NCBI GenBank assembly: GCA_965224085.1
Contig: CBDCYI010000009.1
Location: 192,001 to 256,000 of the forward strand
DNA length: 64,000 nt
Origin: Candidatus Marinacidobacterales bacterium
GTDB taxonomy: Bacteria; Acidobacteriota; Vicinamibacteria; Marinacidobacterales; SMYC01
Direction: 5' to 3'
Shown here: in pieces, positions 56,990 to 64,000 of the stretch
Numbering within the stretch: the stretch's first letter is position 1
Layout: every line of letters begins with the position of its first letter
Program-made: the position numbers and the translations under genes
Notes under the pieces: model-generated
Seen by the model: only the letters and a program-made list of their open reading frames with translations
Database searches by the model: none
Told to the model about the DNA's origin: nothing

Positions 56990-57412
56990 AAACGACATCG
57001 CCAAGAAAGCTTCCCACGCCGTACACGTCCTGGACCGGTTCCACATCATGTCGATGATGAGCAGAGCCATCGACAAAGTCCGGGCCGAGGAAGCAAAACA
57101 GCTCCACGCTCGTGGCTATGAGCCAATGCTCAAAGGCTCACGATGTTGCTACTCAAGCGTCCGGAAAATCTCACGGATTCCCAGGACGTCAAACTGGCTG
57201 AGCTGCTCCAATACAACCTCCGCTCGGTTCGGAGCTATCTCTTGAAGGAAGACTTTCAGTTCTTCTGGAAATACGTCTCTCCTTATTGGGCCGGTCGGTT
57301 CCTCGACCGGTGGAGCACTCGAGTCATGCGTTCGCAGATCGAGCCGATGAAGAAGGTGGCTCGCTCGCTGCGCAAACATCGCGTCCTTCTCCTCAACTGG
57401 TTCCACGCTAAG
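56990..57412 (+). mobile_element. ISL3-family transposase fragment (frameshifted)
   Basis: HVLDRFHI..AIDKVRAEE..LKGSR, then LLLKRPENLT..YLLKEDF..WFHAKG. Confidence 0.85.
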
Positions 57413-58497
57413 GGTCCGCGAAGAAATAACTCCAGCCGATTGGGCGTAACCGTGCCTCATGCAAGCTACAAGTTTGTCGGTGCAGATCGGCGTTTTGCCC
57501 TACAAACAACGCCATCTCGATCACTCCCGGGTGGTTGCCAGAGTAGGGGAGTTATGGCACTATAACGCTCATAGAGGCGTAAAGGTGCCATAATGAGACT
57601 CTCCGCTTTCTCCGCAGATTCCATCGCTACGCTGCTGCGCAAGCAGAAGATCGCCAGCATGCCGAAGTTGATGGCAGCGCTGGGCACGGACGCCAGGCGC
57701 ACCGTCTTCCGCAAGCTGAAGGAGTTGGCCTACCGTACGAGCTACTCCCATTGCGGCCGCTACTACACCCTCGATGAGGTCGCTGAGTTCGACCAGCAAG
57801 GTCTGTGGTCGTATCGGCAGGTGTGGTTTTCGGTCTACGGCACTCTGTTGTCGACGGCGGCGGCAATGGTCGAGGCCGCGGATCTCGGCTACTTCGTTGA
57901 GGAACTTGACAACCGGCTACACGTTGGCACGAAGGACGCGCTGCGCAAGCTCGTTCGAGACGCTCGTTTGACTCGTGAGAAGGTCGCGGGGCAGTTTCTG
58001 TACTGCGCGGCGGACTCGCGTCGCAGACGGCAACAGTTGTTGGCGCGCAGCTGCCTGCTCGCCGAGCCGGGTGTGGTCGGAGCGATACCCGAAGCTGCCA
58101 TCCTGCCTGACGAACTGAGAGCGGCCATCGTTTTGTTCTTCAGCTTGCTGGATGAGAAGCAGCGACGCTTGTACGCCGGGCTCGAGGCCCTGAAGACGGG
58201 ACGCGGCGGTGACGGTCGGATCGCCGAGTTTCTCGGACTCGATGCAGGCACCGTGGCTCGGGGACGACAAGAGCTTCTTGAGCAAGACGTGGAAGTGGAA
58301 CGGGCGCGCCGCGCGGGGGGCGGTCGTAAGCCGGTGGAAAAAAAACGCCCGAGGTCATCGCGCACATCGAAGAGCTGATGCAACACGATACGGCAGGCGA
58401 TCCGATGACCGGCTTGAAATGGACTCGCAGGACGACGGCCAAGATTGCCGTCGAATTGAGCTCCGTGGGCATCGAGATCAGCGACAGGACCGTGGCC
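57411..58497 (+). mobile_element. ISAzo13-family element (left part) inserted in ISL3
   Basis: ORF 57593..58378 ends LDEKQRRLYAG..TVARG..GGGRK; A8 run at 58338-58345; the shifted frame gives TAGDPMTGLKWTRRT. Confidence 0.8.
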
Positions 58498-58631
58498 ACA
58501 ACAACAAAGCCAAACTCACTACCAGAAAAGCCTTCGGATTCCGGATCTTCAAAGCTGCCGAAGTCGCACTTTTTCACACACTTGGAGATCTACCGGAGCC
58601 AAAGATGACCCACAGATTTTGCTGAGGAGGC
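58498..58631 (+). mobile_element. ISL3 transposase C-terminus and probable right end
   Basis: NNKAKLTTRKAFGFR..ALFHTLGDLPEP..THRFC*, followed by GGAGGC. Confidence 0.8.
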
Positions 58632-58854
58632 ATATTTTTTAAACTTCGGTTCTAGCTTTCTAGACTTCTACATCTTCTTTCAGCTTCTCGTTGCTTGCTT
58701 CAACAACTTCAACAGCTAGACGATGCTTCATAGAATTAGCTGCCGTCTTCTTCGTCATAGGTAACGTCGCTTTTGTTGTTACGGTTTCGTAGGATCAAAT
58801 TTTCTAGTGGGTTGACGAAATGCCCGCATTGCGCGGTCACCTTTTCGCAAAATT

Positions 58855-59090
58855 GGCATGTTCAGGGCAACCACAAAGACGTGGACGGCGATAAGTTTCG
58901 GGCGGCGCGATCAGCGCGGAGGCCGCGATCGTCGCGATGACCATTCTATTCGTCGCCTATGGTGTGGCGGGTGGGTTGAGCGCGGCGATCGTCACGGACG
59001 CGATCCAAGGTGTTCTGACCGTAATCCTGTCTTTCTTGATCTTGCCTTTCGCGCTCGATGCGGTCGACGAGCGTGGGGGGGGCTGATGAA
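58855..59090 (+). pseudogene. sodium:solute symporter fragment
   Basis: ILFVAYGVAGGLSAAIVTDAIQGVL matches the SSS family GGxxAxxxTDxxQ motif. Confidence 0.7.
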
Positions 59091-59162
59091 ATAAAGATCG
59101 CGCCTCTACTTATTTATAGACCTCGACTTCGGCGAGCACCCCAGGGCCAGAAATGCGCTCCG

Positions 59163-59648
59163 TCACCAATAGTGAATTCGAGCCCCCAGAGACGTTCCCC
59201 ATTCAACGGGAAATCTAGGCTGGGCGCGGCCCGTTTTCGCGATGAGCTCTCTCAGAAACCCCACGCGATCGAAGGATCCGTAACGAGCAACGAGCTCCCA
59301 CTCTCCATCCTCGATCCCATGCTTCTTTGGCAGCTTTCCGGTCGCTACCGTCGTCCAGATGACCGGTGAGAACGTGGGCACCAGGGTCTCCAGCCGCCCG
59401 AACGAGCCTTCCCTCATCAGCCGCGTCAAGACGGGAAGGCGCTCCTCGCCGACGAGATCGAGGACAACCCTCCACTCGAGGCCGTCGACACCGATCAGAA
59501 TGACCTTCCCGGGCGGCGGGGCGACATCGGCAGCGCCCCGGCAGCCGCTCGCCATGACGAGAGCGAGAACGCCGAGAAATACCCACCGCGATGCGAATCG
59601 GCGGCTCTGACAGCGCTGAGCGGCGGCTTCTGTACGGGCGCAAGGCAT
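59163..59648 (-). pseudogene. alkaline-phosphatase-superfamily (phosphodiesterase) N-terminal fragment
   Basis: VILIGVDGLEW, SPVIWTTVATGK..HGI; ends prematurely. Confidence 0.7.
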
Positions 59649-59870
59649 GCGTCGTCACGACCTCGAGGCGAGCTTCAAGCCGACATCTCGACCAGGATCC
59701 CAGCTGCGCCTGATTGTGACACACGCCGCGGAACGTTAATACGATCCCTTTTTCGCGCCGTGATATGTTCCGTGCTTGAGACGCTCGCAGCAGAGGCTCG
59801 TAGCCTCCCGGAGTGGATCGAACAACCTGAGGGCCCCGGCGACAGCGCGTCAACGACAGGTACGGTCAGT

Positions 59871-60300
59871 ATGCAAGAGGAAACGCGGAGCACCGGGGCC
59901 AACAAGCAGGTCGCCGGATACATCATTCCGCTCGCCTACGCGACACTCTTGCTGGCGACGGCATGGGCGCGACGCCGTGGACTGAACCCTGGAGCGCTCC
60001 GGTTCGACGACGTGTGGGTCGCGGTTCTCACCAAGAGCTCCTCGATCTTCTCATTGGCGGCCGTCCCGACCTCAGAGCCTCTCGGCTTCGTCGCCACTCT
60101 GTGGATTGCACGACGAGTCATCAGCGACCCCGAGGTCTCGCTGCAGGTCGTGCCGTTTCTGTGCGGGCTCGCGGCGATCCGCTGGTCGGCATGGCCGTTG
60201 CCAAGGTCACCGACAGTCGAGGTATGGGCCTGCTGGCCGCGGCTCTCGTCGCGTTGAACCCGGAGATGGCTCATTTTTCGGTGTTCATCAAACACTACAA
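59871..60300 (+). pseudogene. GT-C/PMT-like glycosyltransferase fragment, frameshifted
   Basis: LRFDDVW..PLGF..VPFLCG, continuing in another frame as GLLAAALVALNP..FSVFIKHY. Confidence 0.55.
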
Positions 60301-60368
60301 TAAGGATAGTCCATTTCAAGCTGCGCCGTCGACCCCGCGTCGCAAATTTGCGCTTCTGGATGATCTGT

Positions 60369-60870
60369 TCAGCGTGGGCTAGCGGTGGCGAGGTTCGCTG
60401 TCGTCGATGAAGAAGCTGGAACCGAGGTCGGAGCCTCCGGCACCAAAATGGCTTCGCTCCGCGAGTGGGCCCCCCACCCTACCGCACCCATCCCGTCCAG
60501 GGTGGGCACACCGAGAGCGCTGGTGCGATTCCCATCCGAGGTACCTCCACTAGAGGACTCGACGACTTCGAACCCGAGCGACATAGCCACCTCGCGCGCC
60601 ATGCGGAAAACCTTCACGTTCTGCGGGGTGCGCTCCATGGGCGGACGAGTAAACGAACCCTCCATCTCGAGGCTGGCGCCTTTCACCACTGGCCTCAACG
60701 ACTGCAGCAACGCTTGAATACGGCCCCCGGCCTCCAAACAGGATACTCTTACGCCGATTTTGGCCTCGGCGAAGTCTGAGACGAGCGTGATCCCACGACC
60801 CCTCGGATGAGTCCCACGTTCAATGTGGTGTCGTCTCGATCGCTCAGACTCTTGATGTGCAAGAGCTGAT
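60369..60870 (-). pseudogene. M20 peptidase (glutamate carboxypeptidase-like) C-terminal fragment
   Basis: TTLNVGLIRG, RPPME, GGTSDGN..GVPTLDGMG..GAHS; frameshifted. Confidence 0.75.
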
Positions 60871-61021
60871 GCGCCAGCTTCCTCTCCAGGGCAGGGAGTA
60901 CTCGATCTCGATGCGTCGCCTCTTCGTTCTCTACTGGGGCATAAGCCACGTCATCGCGCCGCCGGTGGGGGGGCGCCCCTCATATCGCTTCTTCTTCCGG
61001 GGTGGATATCTGGCGACAGGG

Positions 61022-61471
61022 CTACCACGCGATGAAACTGGGCATCGCACTCTTCATCTTCGGCGCTTCGTTCGTGCGGATAGTGAGACCGCCTTCATCG
61101 CCTTCGCCCGCATTCAACTCCAACGTCACCGACTCGCCGTTGGAAAGAAAGCTCAACTTGCCCTCTTCGATATCCTCGAAGTCGATGGTGAACTCCTCGG
61201 CGGTACGAGTGTTCAGAAGAGTGACGACTCCCGCCTCGATGCCCGCCTGGGCAAGCTCGATGTCCGGGTTGGCGGCTGCAATCAGCCTGGCTGCTGTCAC
61301 GGCAGGGTTTGCGTTCATCTCTCCCAGGACATCCTTCGCCTTGTTGAACGCGAAGAAACCGCCCACCAACAAGGCGAAAGCACCCAGCACGGCTATCCCC
61401 GAGCAGCCGATGGCGATCCAGGCAATCGGGCTCAGGCCTTTCTTGTCTTGCGGTGCTTGACCATCCGTCAT
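61022..61471 (-). CDS. hypothetical single-pass membrane protein, possibly truncated
   Basis: KKGLSPIAWIAIGCSGI TM segment, AAANPDIE. Confidence 0.55.
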   Translation of the reverse strand: MTDGQAPQDKKGLSPIAWIAIGCSGIAVLGAFALLVGGFFAFNKAKDVLGEMNANPAVTAARLIAAANPDIELAQAGIEAGVVTLLNTRTAEEFTIDFEDIEEGKLSFLSNGESVTLELNAGEGDEGGLTIRTNEAPKMKSAMPSFIAW

Positions 61472-61879
61472 CGCCAGCCTCCTCCTTCGACCGTCAGACG
61501 ACACACTCGCTCGCGCGACGCCACACAGGCTGCCGATCCTAACAAGCGATGGCCAACGTCGCGCAGTTTCACGGTCAATCCAAGCCGAGCGCCCGACGAA
61601 ACGCGGCCAGCACACGCTCGTTAATGTGGTGAGGGTTGCTCTGGTGAATGCGTTGCGCCACGCGTAAAGCACGCTTTTCGCTCAGCTCTTCTCGTTGGAC
61701 CAATTCGACCGGGAGCCCGAGACTGCGACGTACACGGATCCCAGCCCTCCCGCATTCGCTCAAGAGTGCACGGTCGTTACTGAGGCAACTCCAAGAACGG
61801 TTTCGGCATACGATGAAGCACAGCCAATCTTCGACAGAAAAACCGTGGAGGTGAATCCGCAATCTGGTTGGTGCCCAGC

Positions 61880-62445
61880 GAGGGCGGAGTGGCGGATGTA
61901 CGTTCAAAACACTCCCGAATGTCTGCGGGACCGCGACGACCCCGGAACGGGCTTTGTGGTCACCGGCGGCTTCGCTCAACAACTCGTTGATGGTCTCGTA
62001 AGCAAGGCGAACGAGATCTCCGAGCAGCTCGCGCCTGAACATGAAAAGGGTCGGAGCATTTTGGGGATCGTAAAAGTCCACAAGCAATGGCCGACGTTTT
62101 CCAAAAGCTCATCCTTGAGCAAGGCGGCAAAGGCGGCTGCCCGCTTCGCATCACAGGACGGGCAGATGCCCCTTTGTTTGCAGCTGAGTGTGAGTAGTTC
62201 TTCGACGTCACATGTATCGCATCTGAGTCTTGCGAACCCCCCTTCAGCGACACCACAATCTAGGTAACGAGCGACGACGGTGTCGACGAAGCCCCTCCAG
62301 AATCCGTATTTTTTCTCGAAGCGTTGCTCCCAGACAGCCTTGACCTCTTCGTAGCAGGTCTCAAGTAGCTGATAGAGAGGGCTCGCGCGCACATTGCGTG
62401 GGCGGTAGAGACGAGGCGGCTCGAGGGTGCGGCAAAGGTGCCCAT
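61880..62445 (-). mobile_element. IS91-like transposase (zinc-binding domain) pseudogene
   Basis: YRPRNVRASPLYQL, YLDCG..GFARLRC..C..SCKQRGICPSC, WTFTIPKMLR, then PQTFGSVLNVHP in another frame. Confidence 0.85.
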
Positions 62446-62459
62446 AGAGCCCGTTGGTT

Positions 62460-62475
62460 AGCGAAGGCCATGCCA
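62460..62475 (-). promoter_or_regulatory. candidate sigma54 (-24/-12) promoter
   Basis: TGGCATGGCCTTCGCT has GG-N10-GC spacing, just upstream of the transposase ATG. Confidence 0.4.
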
Positions 62476-62478
62476 GCG

Positions 62479-62628
62479 AGAGCGCCGTGGCGTGAAAAAA
62501 CGTCAAGAGACATGTTGTGAGGAAGTTGCGAGCACGATAGCCGGGAGCACTCGCCCGCGAGCTGATCGTCAACGCGTTTTGACAGTGGGGCTGGGCAGAG
62601 CGCCGTGGCACATGTTGTGAGGAAGTTG
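62479..62628. repeat. imperfect direct repeat pair upstream of the IS91-like gene
   Basis: AGAGCGCCGTGGC at 62479 and 62597; ACATGTTGTGAGGAAGTTG at 62510 and 62610. Confidence 0.8.
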
Positions 62629-62946
62629 GAACAGCACACTTCGAAGCCAGGCGTTCGGTCGCGTGTCCGGTAGGCTCGTCGTGAAGTCACGAAAACGGCG
62701 CCAGACCGATAGGACATAGGTACTGAGAAGCTTCGGGGGCAACTGACAACCGACACTCTGGGCATAGGCGGATTAATACAACGGACGAGCAGGTGCATCA
62801 AAAAGATACAGCACAAAGTCCGTCGGGACCGGCCGTCCACTCGAGGCGAGCCACAAGCATCAGTGGCCTCGCTGTCGGCGACATCCCGTAAGCTTGCCGC
62901 GTTTAGAGGGCCTGTGCTATCGTTTCCAATCGAAACGACGCCATCG

Positions 62947-64000
62947 ATGACGCATGAACGGCCACGCCGGTTGAGTTTTGTGCGAATCGCTCGACTGCTC
63001 TGCCCACTCACGCTGACGTTTATCCTCGGTTGCGCGGACACCCAACGCCCTCTCGTCAATATCGTTTTCATCTCGATCGACTCGTTGCGCGCCGATCACT
63101 TGCGCTGCTACGGATATTCGCGACCGACATCACCCAGTTTAGACCGCATCGCCCGAGAAGGTGCCCTCTTCGAAAGCGTAATCGCGGAAAGTTCGTGGAC
63201 GCTTCCAACACACATCTCCATGCTTACTGGGCTATCGAGCTACGTGCACGGTGTCGAGCAAGATCAGACCCGACTCGCGGCGCGCGTGCCAACGCTCGCG
63301 TCGCGTCTACGGGAAGAGGGCTACCGAACCAAAGGCATCTACAGCGGACCCTACCTCCGTCCCGTTTTTGGCTTCGCCGAGGGTTTCGACGAATACGAAG
63401 GTGTCTACGGCATGACCGCCCTCGAAGAGGCGATCGCCGAACTGGATTCCACCGAGTCACAGAACGCTCTTAGGGAAGCCGACGCTCTCTCGCATCGAAC
63501 CGTCACCAGCCCCGCGATCACCGAAAAAGCCATCGACTTCATCAGTCGCGACCGCGACGCACCCTTCTTTCTCTTTCTTCACTACTTCGACGTTCACTAC
63601 GACTACATCCCACCCGAGCCGCTGTGGCGCGAGTTCGATCCCGACTACGACGGAGAGCTATCCGGAGACAACTTCAGGAAGGATCCCGCGATCCATCCGG
63701 ACATGAGCTCTGAGGATCTTGAGCACCTGATAGCCTTGTACGATGCCGAGATTCTGTTCACCGACCAATACATCGGGCAGCTACTCGATGCACTCGACCG
63801 CAATGGACTGGGAGAGCGAACGTTGCTAGTGGTCACCGCCGACCATGGTGAGGAGTTCTTCGAGCATGGCAACAAGGGTCACCGCTTCACACTCCATGAC
63901 GAAGTTCTCAAAGTCCCCCTCTTGCTCCGTCAACCCGGTCGCGTCCCAGCGGGACTCCGAGTCCGGGAGCAGGTGCAACACGTCGATTTCATGCCCACGA
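62947..64000 (+). CDS. sulfatase-family lipoprotein, 3'-partial
   Basis: Read by hand (not in the ORF track): ILGC lipobox, NIVFISIDSLRADH, SWTLPTHISMLTG, FLHYFDVHYDY, YDAEI, TADHGEEF. Confidence 0.9.
   Translation, partial: MTHERPRRLSFVRIARLLCPLTLTFILGCADTQRPLVNIVFISIDSLRADHLRCYGYSRPTSPSLDRIAREGALFESVIAESSWTLPTHISMLTGLSSYVHGVEQDQTRLAARVPTLASRLREEGYRTKGIYSGPYLRPVFGFAEGFDEYEGVYGMTALEEAIAELDSTESQNALREADALSHRTVTSPAITEKAIDFISRDRDAPFFLFLHYFDVHYDYIPPEPLWREFDPDYDGELSGDNFRKDPAIHPDMSSEDLEHLIALYDAEILFTDQYIGQLLDALDRNGLGERTLLVVTADHGEEFFEHGNKGHRFTLHDEVLKVPLLLRQPGRVPAGLRVREQVQHVDFMPT

Noticed and set aside
61535-61630. Possible integron attC site (CCTAACAAGCG)
   Set aside because: No matching GTTRRRY core or L-box palindrome, and no integrase in the window.
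1-64000. CRISPR array, rRNA, tRNA
   Set aside because: No regularly spaced repeat-spacer series, rRNA-like tract or tRNA cloverleaf was recognised by eye.

Overview
GC-rich (about 60% by eye) bacterial chromosomal window. The gene content (SpoIVB/S55 peptidase plus beta-propeller pair, VPS10/BNR hydrolase, tandem amidohydrolases, POTRA-less Omp85 plus partner) suggests Acidobacteriota, Vicinamibacteria-like; this is an inference. Bases 1-55.4 kb are mostly housekeeping and envelope genes: hisC, an AroD-AroE-MoeB/ThiF triple fusion, ECF sigma/anti-sigma, pheST, arginase, metG, cyclophilin, cofE-npdG, GGDEF/PilZ, and a lexA-DUF3467-degenerate Y-family polymerase operon. Bases 55.4-64 kb are a mosaic of gene fragments and IS remnants (ISL3 with nested ISAzo13, IS91-like) ending in a partial sulfatase. 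Many genes carry abrupt internal deletions or fusions, which may be assembly or gap artefacts. No rRNA, tRNA or CRISPR array was seen. The most novel-looking signals are: (i) two unannotated 125-130 nt rod-shaped intergenic RNA candidates (15745-15876 and 37542-37664) sharing architecture and a CCUU..UUUG(U/G)GUUGGG motif, one starting exactly at a sigma70 TSS; (ii) a LexA operon with DUF3467 and a 'fingerless' Y-family polymerase; (iii) the AroD-AroE-MoeB fusion with a structured 5' leader; (iv) a PheS with unusual active-site substitutions.
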